From: Paragordius varius
Taxonomy: Eukaryota > Animalia > Nematomorpha
Reading direction: 5' to 3'
Length of the DNA stretch: 64,000 bases
NCBI GenBank assembly: GCA_964247055.1
Contig: OZ176051.1
Coordinates: forward strand, 14,260,001 to 14,324,000
Part shown: positions 25,201-37,600 of the stretch, in pieces
Layout: every line of letters starts with the position of its first letter
How positions within the stretch are numbered: the stretch's first letter is position 1
Notes under the pieces: generated by a model
Database searches by the model: none
What the model was told of the DNA's origin: nothing
What the model saw: the letters and a program-made list of their open reading frames with translations, nothing else
Translations under genes and position numbers: made by a program

Positions 25201-28200
25201 CTGCACATATAAATAAGAAACAGTTTGTCAGACTTCCCACAAAATACCCATATGCATATTTTCATTTTATTGCGGAAAAATTATTTATACATTGATTGAA
25301 GTTATACTGTTGAAATCACAGTGATGCTTGGCATGTCTAACTAATATAATTAATATTATTTTTTTACTTATATGATAACTAGTAAAGCAGTGTTAAAGGG
25401 TGCCCGCATAGATGCTATGGTACAAAGTTGCGATAAAAATTTTATGGTACCAGTCGGCGGAGCCATTATCAATGATTTTAAGCCCTTGAAGAAAGCCAAC
25501 AAGGGTAAAAATAGAATATTTTAAGCAAAAATAAAATAATTTTGTACGAACTTTTTGTTTCCCAGGTAATATGGATAAGAATGGAGGAAATAACTCGAAA
25601 ACTTGTAGTACAACAAACCAAAATAAACGAAATTTCATCGAAGAAGTGGCGCATGTATACCCAGGTATATCTATTAATATTTTGTCTATCATTTTTCTCA
25701 ATGGAAAAAACCAACTATTAAACTCTTAAAAACATTAAAAAAGATTTCAAAATTCATGTAGTGAGCGAAAAATAATTTTATTATTGTCTCACATTTAACT
25801 TTAAAGGGAGGGCCTCAATAACACCATCCCTTGACATTTTTATCACCTTATTATCGATGGGTTCACAACGATATAAACAATTACTGATATCTCAGCTTGA
25901 AAACTTTGCCTATTTCAAGTCTGAACTGGAAAAAGTTGCACAAACATACAATGAACGAATCCTAAACACCCCAAATAATCCTATATCAATCGGTTACTCT
26001 TTAAACTTTTTTTATCAATTTGATATGAGGTTGCTTAGATAATAATTTTTTGCCTTAACAGTATTTTTTTGTGAATTACTATGAATGCAATATAAAATAA
26101 AATAGGATTCATAAGTACATATATTTTAATGACTTTTATGTATTTAATCATTTTCATAGTTTTTACCTCCAATATTTTAGTTATTCATTATTTTTATTCT
26201 ATTTATATGTGTTTTAATTATATCTTGTAAAAAAATTTTACGATTTTTTAGAATTATAGAATATAATAAATATTATTGTATAAACGCCCCTTTAAAACAA
26301 AACAGTAATATTGATTTATGACATTTGGTTTGGGCGCAAAATCAAAATATTTTCTAAAATCCAGCGTGTATTCGTTTCAATGTAATGTGTATTATGATAT
26401 CCCCTTTTCACAAAATGTTACTAAACCATAATGAAAAATACTATGTAAGCCTATGAACAAAACTAAATTTTATCACAAAAGTTAGCATATATATATATTT
26501 AGGTTTTTTTTCTTGCAATCTGGCTTGCTTTTTTGCTAACATTTTTTGTGATATGCGCGTGGTATTGGCAATCTAATTGCGATTACTATTATTATAGATA
26601 TGGGACATGAGACTATTTCTTTTAAATGCTACTAAAATCAGACTTTAAATCAGGCGTGCCCAACATATGGACATTAACAAATATTTCATAAACTACTACT
26701 ATTTATAACATCCTAAATTTGGAAAATTTAAAATTTACATTTGTTTGTTAAACAAAATCAATTCTACTTGAATTTTGTAAAAATTTGTAATTAAAATTTC
26801 TCTTGAGCTGCAGAAATACTTTGGAGGGCCGCGTGTTGAGCACCCCCTGCTTTAAATAGCCGACTTGTTTAATGCATATATTTAATCCTAATCGCAGCCG
26901 TACAAAATAAGTAGTTTATAAAAAAGGTTTCCAAACTGTGTTAAAAAATTAGAAGTTTGAAATTATACTCAACGATTAAAATTCTTACAAAAAAAAATCC
27001 GTAATATCTATTTTCTAAAGATTTTTACATTATGTCAATTTTTAGGTTTCGTTTGTTAGCTTTAGGACACACAATTAGAACAGATAAATGCAGAATGCGA
27101 AATTTTGTGATTAAAAACCAAATGCACCAAAGAATTAATTATTAATAATTTTATGTCATCTTTTTTGGTTAAAGCTGCTGGTATATAAAATATTTTTCGA
27201 AAAAAAACTTTGTGATTTTACCAATATTTATATACAAAGAATATAGCCGCTATTAACCTAAATTAATTTATATTTTTTAGCCAAAGATTTGAATTTTTTT
27301 ACTACTTTAACACTACACTATTGAAGCAATGGGTATAATATAGCAAAAAATGTGGTATAGCATTTATTGTTTGATAAAAACTCAGATGCTATTTAAAACA
27401 TCCTTTTGTGAAGCATCGTTTTTACAAAAAAATGCAAACAAATTCCTCCAAATTTTATTCATTTGGCTTTAATTTTTGCATTTTGAAACCACTTCTAAAA
27501 TATCAAGGCTATATAATAGATGTTCTTTTAAGTATTTATCCAAGTCTATCAAACATTAAACTTTTTTCCAAAATCTTTCATAAAACATATTTTTTATACT
27601 AAATATATGTACTTCATACATAAATATTATTATATACATTTTTCATGCAAAAACCTCATTTTTCCAAATGCAACATTTTTTCAACCAAACGCATCATTTT
27701 GTTACTAATCACTACCGTTTTCTCATTTAAGCTAGGCTAGAGCTAGCAAGAGGGCTAGGTTCATAAATATGACTCGAACTATCTAAATTGGTTGGTGGTT
27801 GGTTTTTCCTAAGTCGTAAACGACTTTTTGGATATAGTTTTAACTATTTCTTTCCATTTTTTTCTATCTTTAACCGCTATATTGAGCTCTTTCAGTGTCA
27901 TTTTGGTCTCTTCTTTTATCATATCCAACCACCTCATCGGTGGTCGGCCTCGTTTCCTTTGCCCTTCTACCTTCCCAAACATTGTATCTTTCTCCAGAGA
28001 ATTCGATCGCATGACATGACCAAAATATGTTAACTTTCTTTTTAGAATTATCTCCATGATGTTTGTTTTAGGTTTTATTTCTGTAGTTAGACTTTCATTC
28101 TTAATTTTATCCTTCCAGGTGTATCCTAGCATCCTACGCCAGCAGCTCCTTTCAAAAGCCATGAGCCTTTCTTTGTCCCTTTTTCTGAGAGTCCAACTCT

Positions 28201-31200
28201 CACCTCCATATGTGATGACCGGGAGAACGAAACAGTAGAGTAATCTTTTTTTGGTTTCAACTCCTACGCTTTTGTTTTTCCAAATCTTTATTAATTTGGT
28301 CATCGCTTCTCTACCCAATCCTATTCTCTTTCTGATGTCAGGAGTTGAAGACCCATCCTCTGAAATTATTGCGCCCAAAAACGTTAACTGTTTAACTATT
28401 TCTATTTCTACTCCTTCTATTATAATTGTAGGCTTTTTTCCTGTACATAATATTTTGGTTTTGTTAGGATTAAGCCTAAGACCATACCTCAAACTTTCCT
28501 TTCGAATCTCTTCAATCAATTCCTTCAAATCATTTGCACTTTCAGCTATAAGAGTGGTATCGTCTGCAAACCTTAAATTATTGATTGTTCTCCCTCCTAT
28601 TCTTACTCCAATATTTTTACCATCCAACTTCCTCATTATCATTTCTGTGCACATATTGAACAGATAAGGGGATAAGCAACACCCTTGTCTGACTCCTTTC
28701 AAGATTGGTATTTCGTCTGTGTCCCCCGCTGGTGTTCTAATAATCGCTCTTTGTTTTACATACAGAGAGCATCTTATTAAGTGAGACGATACCCCTACTA
28801 ACTTTAATGTTTCCCACAAGGAGTCATAGTTAATTGAATCGAATGCTTGTCTGTAATCAATAAAACACATGTATAATTCTTTCTGGAACTCTTTTGATGT
28901 TTCCATTATCCTTCTCATGTTTGAGATATGGTCTCTTGTGCTTTTTCCCTTCATAAATCCGGCTTGATTTTCTGGTATTTCTGTCTGTATGATACTGTGC
29001 ATTCTGTTTTGTATTACTTTTAGTAAGACCTTACTAGCGTGGCTAATAAGAGATATGTTCCGATAATTCTCGCATTGGAGTACATCTCCTTTTTTATATA
29101 TTGGGAGATATACAGATGATGCCCAATCGTTTGGCCACTCACATGTTTCCCACACCTTTTGACATAACTGGTGTAACTTTTCAACGGGAATAGCTTTTAT
29201 GAACTCTATTGGGATATTGTCTAATCCCATCGCTTTGTTGTTAGATTTGTTTTAAGGCTAATTCAACCTCCTCTCTTAATATATCTGGATCACGTTCTTC
29301 TTCTTTTAATTGCAACACCTTTGTTTGAGGAGCCTGATAGAGTTTTTGGGTGTATTCCTTCCATCTTTCTCGTACATCTGTTTGTTTGCACAATATGGTG
29401 CCATTCTCTTTTTTAATCTTTTGTGATGATATAAAAGGTTTATGAGTCATTTGCTTCAGTTTCTGGAACATTGGTTGCATTAATCCTTTTTTGTTATTTA
29501 ATTCCACTTCCAAACATTGTTTATTAAGAAAATCTTCATAATCCTTCCTTGTTTGTCGTTGAAATTCTCTGTTATATAATTTTACCATTTTATTATCACC
29601 TCTTGATTTAGCTTTTCTCCCCTTTTCTGCTATCTCTATACTCTTTTCTGATATCCATTTGTTATCTTTCCTCTTTACTCTCTGCACTTTTTCTTTTGCC
29701 ACTTCATTAACAACATTTTTTATCGTTCCCCATAATTGTTCTGAGCTATATCCATTGTCCAATCTTCCTAATCTATCTTTGGTTTCTGTTCTAAAACTAT
29801 TTGGAATGTTCCGAGTGTCATATCTGTATATCTGTTTAACCTTATTTTTAATTATTTTAAGTTTGATTTTGGTTATTAAAAGCTCATGATCGCTAGAGCA
29901 ATCGCTGCTTTTGCTTGTTTTGGTATCGATTATAGAGCTTTTCCATTTTTGAGGACACATTATGTAATCAATTTGATTCTTATATTTACCACATGGAGAG
30001 GTCCATGTGTATAACCTCCTATTGTGTTGTGGAAACCATGTGTTGGTTATCATCATCTCATTTTCTTGACAAAAATTGATCAGTGCTTCCCCGGCCTCGT
30101 TTCGTTCTCCCAATCCATATGGCCCGACTATTTGATCTACTCTACCTCTACCAACTTTGCTGTTCCAATCCCCTCCTATGATAATCATATCTCCTTTCTT
30201 CGTTTCATCCAAAACTATTTGCAACGTTGCATAAAAGTCCTCTATGTCTTCTTTGGGAGCGTTTGACGTAGGAGCATAGACTACTATGTATGTAAATTTA
30301 GGTGGCTTGGCATTCAGCCTAATACTCATGATTCTGGGTGTATATGGTGTATAACTAATGAGACTTTTATTTAATTTGTTTTTTATTAATACTGCAACGC
30401 CTTCAGATTTCTGGTCATCTCTCCCCGATCTTAACAATGTATAATTTTCGTTTTGTACTTTCGCGCTACCTTTTTGCTTGGTTTCCGTTAGACCCAGTAT
30501 ATCTATGTTCAATCTTTCCATTTTCTTTTCAATTATCACCTGTTTGGTTGATGTTAAGGAACGTACATTCCAGCATCCAACTTTGAAAATTCTTGTTAAG
30601 TTCATTTAGTAAAACTATTTTTTGGCAGTAATAAACGAGGGTGGTTTGCCATTGCCTTCCCTCTCACTTACCCTCTTTACAAAAAATAAATATCTAGAAT
30701 AATTAAAATTAAAGAGTAATCTTTATAAATGTTGTTAATTTGGATAAATTATAAATATTGATATTTTGCTCTGTCTGGCAATCATAAAGGAAAAATATAA
30801 AGAAATTATGGCTAGGCTAGTAAAAATAAAATAATTAGGCACCAAGGAGTAGAGAAAAAAAAAAGAGAGAGATCTGTATAACAATGATTTTTGATGACTT
30901 AAGAATTATGTTACTCTTTAAATTACATACTTAGCATACAAATAAAATAAAAACTCTACAAAACAAAGAAAAAGATTAATAATTACTAAAAGGAAACCTA
31001 TTTTTTAAATATATTTATAGTATATAATAAAATAATACTATCCTTGAATATCCTCCCGCTTTCAATCACATAGTTTCATGCATGAAAAAAAAATCTACTA
31101 TCTAAATTATCTATACCATTGCTGATATCTCAACAGTTTTTTCTTTCTCGTGTGAGCTGGCAACTAAGGACACATTGGTCGAAATGGCTTTTAAAAAATC

Positions 31201-32277
31201 TGTCATTATTTTCATTTTTGGAACACTACTGCGTTTTCCTTCGCTCTTTTGCGTTTGATTGAAAAAATGTTACGTTTGCTTAAAAAAAATGATGTTTTTG
31301 CATGAAAAATGGTATATAAACTTTTTTACTGCCTCATATAGCCATGTCATTAGATAACATTATGGGACAAAACAACATATCCCAGCAAAACGCCGCATCC
31401 AACACAAAGCCAAAAAAATCAGTAACTGAAATTGGAGCAATGTTATATACTCGTCGAGTTACTGGTGCGCGGTAATCCTTATTTATTCCACATTTTAATT
31501 GTGTTTTATTTTATTGTGTTTAAAAAGCGAAAAATATTGAAAGTTACGTTGATGATATTTATAGATAACTGAGAATATTTTCCTTTAACATAGCTAGTTC
31601 ATTAAATTATCATATTATTGTTACCTGCTGATATTTAACAAGTTTGTTGTGTCAACTTTATCACGACCGACATATTAGGAATGGTTTTTTTTTCATTAAG
31701 AGAGAAAATAAAATAAAATTTGACAAAAAATTTAACCCAAAATAAAAACTATAATGCAAAAAAATGGAAATGAAACCACAACTTATTTATCGAAATCCGT
31801 TTTTCCATCAAAGCAAGCAGTGAACTTTTTTAACAATACAAAAAATTAAACACACCTAATACACTTTTTGTCCTTAAATAGAGTGTTGTTTTACTATATA
31901 GTATGCATGCACATTTATGCTGGCCTTCTTTTAACATTATTGTTGGCCAATTTGTATGTAATACAATAGTATATGGGTAAAAAACAAAGGAGAATTAAAA
32001 TTTAACAATTTTTTCCTATCTTACTACAACATTAAATTTGATTTAATTATTATATGTGCATACTATATTTTTTTAATATCTATGTAGAGTGGTATACCCA
32101 ACGTCAAAATCTACAATCATTGATGGCTATAATTTTGTTAATTGGGGATCTCATAACTCAAAATATTCTTATGCATACTTAACTGTAGCCTGTACCTTAG
32201 GACTTGAACGTAACACCATTGATAAATTTTGTGCGAAATTACGTAATGTATTGAAAGATTTTACCTCAACAAACTAG
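22297..32277 (+). CDS. SEPSECS: O-phosphoseryl-tRNA(Sec) selenium transferase, about 526 aa, 10 exons
   Basis: Exons 22297-22401, 22431-22585, 22627-22745, 23764-23922, 24349-24664, 25383-25504, 25566-25664, 25807-25992, 31342-31471, 32088-32277 (1581 nt). Motifs MDSNNF...[58 protein letters not shown] (PLP lysine) and YPGRAS. Confidence 0.95.
22402..22430 (+). other. 29-nt intron (SEPSECS intron 1); intron 2 at 22586-22626 is 41 nt
   Basis: GTAAAACATTTGTGTTTATATTGTTATAG. The frame shift is needed to reach MMDSNNF. Confidence 0.85.
26651..26849. mobile_element. hAT MITE, 199 bp, in SEPSECS intron 8
   Basis: TIR CAGGCGTGCCCAAC / GTTGAGCACCCCCTG. Perfect 8-bp TSD CTTTAAAT on both sides. Confidence 0.85.
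27785..30670 (-). mobile_element. Near-intact RTE-clade LINE (APE endonuclease + reverse transcriptase) with one frameshift, in SEPSECS intron 8
   Basis: ORF 29241-30605 is APE ([33 protein letters not shown]). ORF 27809-29230 is RT ([27 protein letters not shown]). CCAA-like 3' tail; 5' motif GAAGGCAATGGCAAACCAC. Confidence 0.95.
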
Positions 32278-32331
32278 TACAACGTAAATATATATACACC
32301 ACAAATAAATTTATATTATATAAAAATTAAT

Positions 32332-34579
32332 TTACAATGTATGCCAAAACAGTGATATTGCCTTAATCATCCCCACATCAGTGTAATTAATGTAATAAAG
32401 TAGGCCCAGAGTAGTTATAGAAACCGCACTAACACCCATTTTAGTTAACGGGCCCAGGAAATTCCAGCGGTTATAACGGTCCCATCGTTCAACATAATCA
32501 CTCATTACAGTTTCCATTCCCCTACAAATTATTGATGATATATATTGGTTTTTTAACACTAAAAAACGTTAAAAATATTATACAAATTATTTTAATTGTT
32601 AAAAAATACGAGAAAATCAGTTTAAAATACTATATACTATATATAAACATTTTTTAATTCCGTTGTTGTAACTCTTTAGTAGAAAGAATTTTTTTTCATA
32701 TTTTACTATACGAACCAAATTCCAAAATTAACATTATTATTAATCAAGTAAATAACTCAAAATTAAAACACATTTGTGAGTAAAGGCATTTGTTTTAAAC
32801 CAGGGATGTCCAACACAAATGGCTTGAAGATCCACATTTTCGACCTGAAAAATCGGAAGACCCACATTTGAATTAATATCATTTGCACTTCAAGAGTGTC
32901 CTTGAACACTTCAAGTTGGTCCTTAAAATTTTTATTTAACCATTATTTATGCATGTATTTTTTATTTTATTATTTTTTGACCTAATTTTCTTAATTTATA
33001 TTATATATTTTATCATTTAAAAATAAAAAAATTTATTCAAAAACCACTTTTTTATTAAAAACTAATTTTTTTCCAATTAAAAAATTATTTAATTTAAATG
33101 TATTTAATGAAAAATTGTAAATAATACCTAGAAAACTTATAAATTTTTAATTAGGTGTTAAATTCTCATAAATATCTAATATTAATTACAGAAATTAAAA
33201 AATATTTTCTCAATGATTAAAAGTTTACATTGATTTAAAATGTTAAATAATTAAAAATAGGTCAAAAACGATACAATAGATAAATGATTTACGATTTGAT
33301 TGATAAAAGTAAAAAACATAACAAAAACGTCAAAGGATTAACTTAAACTGTTCAAGAAACTTGAAATGTTTAAGGACCAACTTGATGTTTTCAAGGACAC
33401 TCTTGAAGTGTAAATGTTATATATCTGCTATTGATGAAAACACAAATATAGAATATATCACAATGAATTCTATTCAAGAAATTAATGAATTTATCCACCA
33501 CTAAATTCCTGAACTTGTTTGTATCAAATTTTAAATATTTTAAGAATATATTAGAAATATATATATGGGCTACCGAGGAATCTTTTATAAATGTAAAATA
33601 AAATTTCACCTCTCAATTAAGATCAATATGAACATATTTGTTTTACAATGACACTTAGAAATGTAGTTAATATCATCAGTTTTAAAGCATAAACATTAAT
33701 AATCTATTGAAGATATTGATACCAAATTTGAGATATTATTATACTGCGGTTTACACAAATATGGCTCTTTTAATAAATTAAAAACATTTACCAATTCAGA
33801 ATTTTTTCGAATACGTAATATATAACTTCAATAATATAGGTATAACTATATTAAAAATGAGTATGATTTTCAGATATATGGCTCTCTCACTAAATAATTA
33901 CCATAAAAGGTTTTCCAATGGCAAGTATTATAAAGATTTTCAGATTGTAAAGGAAATGATAAAATAAATGTCATAAAAATATTAATAACATCGAATTTTA
34001 TGAAAATCAAATTAAAATCTTTTTATAGAAAATTAACACTCAAAAATAAAACTTTTTGCCAGAAATTTTTTTTTAAATATTTTTAAAAATATACTCAAAA
34101 TTTCGGAACCACTTGTTGGACGCCCCTGTTTTAAACCCTAATCATTAGCGGCATAAAATTAAAATACGTTAAAAGATTATATATATTTTTCATTTAAGTA
34201 TTTCCATTCTATATTTTTAAAATTATTTAGGAGATAATTTAAGTGTTAAACTGAAAGATTTAAATTACCAATGTGAATGCAATATTAATGTGGTAGCTAA
34301 CAAATAATCCATAAATGGTGCTTGATAAAAATAGGCTAAAGGATACATAGAAGCAAGTCCAACCGTAACAATCCTTTCAATCGTCCAATGTAATGCCGTA
34401 TGATCTTTTTCCTCGCCTTTAATTTTCAATACAGTTGGAATGGCATCTATAATAAAAAAATAAAATTAACTTGCCACTGTAGATTGAAAACGTGGAAATT
34501 GTGATAGTTTAAAATAGTTTTGTTGATAAATAAAGTTAGGATAGTTTTTATTTGCAACAACCCGAAAAATTAGAGACAT
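32332..34579 (-). CDS. SDHD: Succinate dehydrogenase cytochrome b small subunit (CybS), 158 aa, 3 exons
   Basis: Exons 34579-34471, 34446-34269, 32521-32332 (477 nt). Presequence-like N-terminus, ALHWTIERIV, MDYLLATTLILHSHW|GMETVMSDY and LYYINYTDVGMIKAISLFW match SDHD. Confidence 0.92.
32801..34128. mobile_element. hAT non-autonomous element in SDHD intron 2, carrying a nested MITE at 32877-33421
   Basis: TIR CAGGGATGTCCAAC / GTTGGACGCCCCTG. Perfect TSD TTTTAAAC. The nested MITE has TCATTTGCACTTCA ends and about 21-bp subterminal repeats; a second copy is at 52568-53140. Confidence 0.85.
34447..34470 (-). other. 24-nt intron (SDHD intron 1)
   Basis: GTTAATTTTATTTTTTTATTATAG. It has an in-frame TAA and phase 1 on both sides. 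A weaker upstream donor (GTTTTC) would give a longer intron. Confidence 0.7.
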
Positions 34580-34666
34580 CGTAATATCACAAATACGATT
34601 TCTATTCACACATGGAGTTGTGTTTAGATGTGAATGTTTGATCGCCAAAAAATCTGGTTATAACTA

Positions 34667-37600
34667 TTAACACTACGATTCATATTGGGGTATCTAAATA
34701 CCCCAGACTATATTAAATTTATATTTTAAAACTCTATTAAATAAAATGGTCCCAATTTCCTTATCAAAATTATATAAAAAAGCCGAAATATCCAAATAAA
34801 TATGGTTTTGAAAAGAAGTTCCATATCAAACTACTTAGACGCCTTTTTTATTTTACAACATTTTTGCAAAATATCGTTATTTAATTTTAAAGCTAAATTA
34901 AAAGCTAATTTTTCATTTAAATCACATTTAACATTGATAAAAACAGAAAAAGCGGTTTATTTTGTATTATTTATAATTAGCTAATGCACACTGTCATGTT
35001 CACTAATTTTTTCCTTTGTTATATCTTAAAATTAGTAATATCAAGTATTTTTAAATATAAATTTTTATAAATTTCGGTTCATTATGTTACAAATGTGCAA
35101 GTTTTTCCCAAATCAGAATTCATTCCATAATTTTTGAATTATTCATTTTAGACAGGCCTGGGGATCCAACTGCCCCAATCTGAATCGAAGGACAAAAATA
35201 AATGTGTTTTGTATACAAATGTTAATAAACTGAAATATATAAAAAAATTATTCAAAAATACTTGATATTTCTTATTTTAAGCTAAAACCGAAAGGTAAAA
35301 ATTTAGTCAACGTGACATATATGCAATGGTAATACAAAATAAACCGCTTTTTTTATCAATGTTAAACGTGATATAAATAAACAATTTTCTTTAGTTATAC
35401 CCTTAAAAATGAAGACGATATTTGCAAAAATTTTATAAAATAAAAATGGCGTCAAAGTAGTTTGACATGGAACTTTTTTCTCAAAACAATTTAGTTAGAT
35501 ATTTTGGCATATTTATTTAATTTCTAGTAGTAGCACATTTAAATTAGCACCGTTTCCTTCAGTAGTTTTTTAAACCTAACTCAAATTTAGTTTGGGGTAT
35601 GTGAATACCCCAATTTGAATCGAAGTGTTAGGGAAAAACCCAAAGGTATTAATCATGCATTAGCAGTACAAATTATACCACTTCTTCTATTTCTATCAAT
35701 GTTAGATGTGATTAATATAATAAATAAGCTTTAATTTTAGCTTTTTTAACACTTGGATACAACACATTATTTTCAGTCCTTCGATTCAAATTGGGGTAGT
35801 TGGATACCCCAGGCCTAAAACTAAATTCTTTAAAAAATATGGAAGGAATCGAAACCATGGCAAATTGCACTTATATAACATTAATAAACCGATAAATATA
35901 AAAAATTTTATTCTAAAATACTTGATATTACTTATATTAAGCTAAAACCGAAAGGTGAAAATTTCGTCAATGTTTGTGAGAAATGATCAAATTGAAAAAT
36001 AATACAAAATCAACCGCTTTTTCTATTTCTATCATTGTTAGATGTAATTAATTAGCTTTAATTTTACCCTTAAAATTAAATGAGGACAATATTTTGCAAA
36101 AATTTTGTAAAATAAAATTGGCTTTGAAGTAGTTTGACATGGAACTTTTTTCAAAACAAAATTTTATTTAGATATTTTGGCATATTATATAATTTTTATT
36201 AGGATCGAAGAATAAATTTAAATTGGAACCGTTTCCTTCGGTAGTTTTAAAAATCCTAACTTAATCTTAGTCTGGGGTATTTAGATACCCCAATTTGAAT
36301 CGAAGTGTTAAAATAAAATAAACAGGATGTTTTGCAAAAACATTGTAAAATAAAAATGGCGCTTATGTAGTTTGATATAAAACTATTTTTAAAACTAAAT
36401 TTTTAAGATATTTCGGGTTATTTTTATAATTTTTATGAGGACAGAAGCATAAATTTAAATTGGGACAGTTTCTTCCAGTAGTTTTTTAAAAATATCAAAT
36501 TGAATATCGCTAGTATTTAGATAACCCAAAAGTGTTAGTTTTAAGTCAAAAATTAAGTTTTCTCTTCTATTTATATCTCCTTTAACATTGATAGAGAGAA
36601 AAGTGGTATATTTTGCATTATTTTTATATTTAGCTTTTGACATGTCACGTTGGCTAAATTTTTACCCCCTTTTTACATATAGATAAGTAATATAAAATAT
36701 TTTTGATTTTTTTTATATTCGGTTTATAAATGGTATATAAGTCCAAATATTTTTTAAACAAGCCTGGGATATTTAAATACCCCAATTTAAATCGAAGGAC
36801 TGAATGAATGTGTTAAATCCAAGTGGTCTTTTGATGAAATCTATGGCAATGTATAATTCACTACACTTCAGTAACTTTCCTTTTTTCTTTATAACAAGGT
36901 AGATACAAAAAATATCCTGTAAAATTGACATATTTTGCAAGATATATATAAAAATTCTATGATACATTTGGGTTAATATTAGCAAATAATTTAGGAAAAG
37001 TGTAATACTTAGGTGTTTAATCTAAAATCGCAAATAATCTCATAAAATTTAAATTAAATTTTTTGGTGAAAGCTAAATGCTAAACACAATTATCATATCT
37101 GTGCAAAAAATATCTATTATATATATTAAATTTTTAGATCCGGGGTCCCAAAGCTCCACATTTTAAGTCCGAAACCACTTTTTGTCGCATATATATCTTA
37201 ACATCTTAGATTTTTTTGAAAATACATAATCAGTTCATATATTTAATATCTGTTTATTTAACCGTATTTTATGGTATTAAGATGACAAAATGTTCTAAAA
37301 GTCCTACTAATGTATTTAAAACACTTTATATGTAATACTGCGCACAAAATTGGGGATTCTGGTAATATATTTATATTATAAAGGTATTAGGATTTTATGA
37401 CGCTTTTTCTTTCGGACCTTGCTGCTAAAACTGTTTCCACTTTTGTGGTATTTGCAAATCAAAAAATTGCAAATACGCACATTATAAATAAATTATTAAT
37501 TAATGCAACAATCCAGGAAATCCCTTAAATATAAAATAAACTGCATTGAATGTCTCGAATTTCCCTCTAAGGTGGGCTAATTTCTTTAAAATGAAAGCTA

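Noticed and set aside
22669-28667. Moderate-length ORF-track entries (22669-23037, 24218-24652, 25393-25701, 28251-28667)
   Set aside because: They are antisense shadows of SEPSECS exons, MITEs or the LINE, with no independent coding signal.
29225-29245. Programmed frameshift or two-ORF organisation in the LINE
   Set aside because: The break falls inside the normally continuous linker before KAxGxD of single-ORF RTE elements. A 1-nt deletion or assembly error is simpler.
27731-30820. GCTAGGCTAG at 27731 and 30811 as the LINE TSD
   Set aside because: Both copies lie 50-140 bp outside the recognisable element ends, so the boundaries are not supported.
21141-34470. Stop-codon reassignment or readthrough as an explanation for in-frame TAA near gene starts
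   Set aside because: Six of nine cases change frame, all are bounded by GT-AG, conserved motifs are contiguous only after removal, and TAA/TAG are used as normal terminators here.
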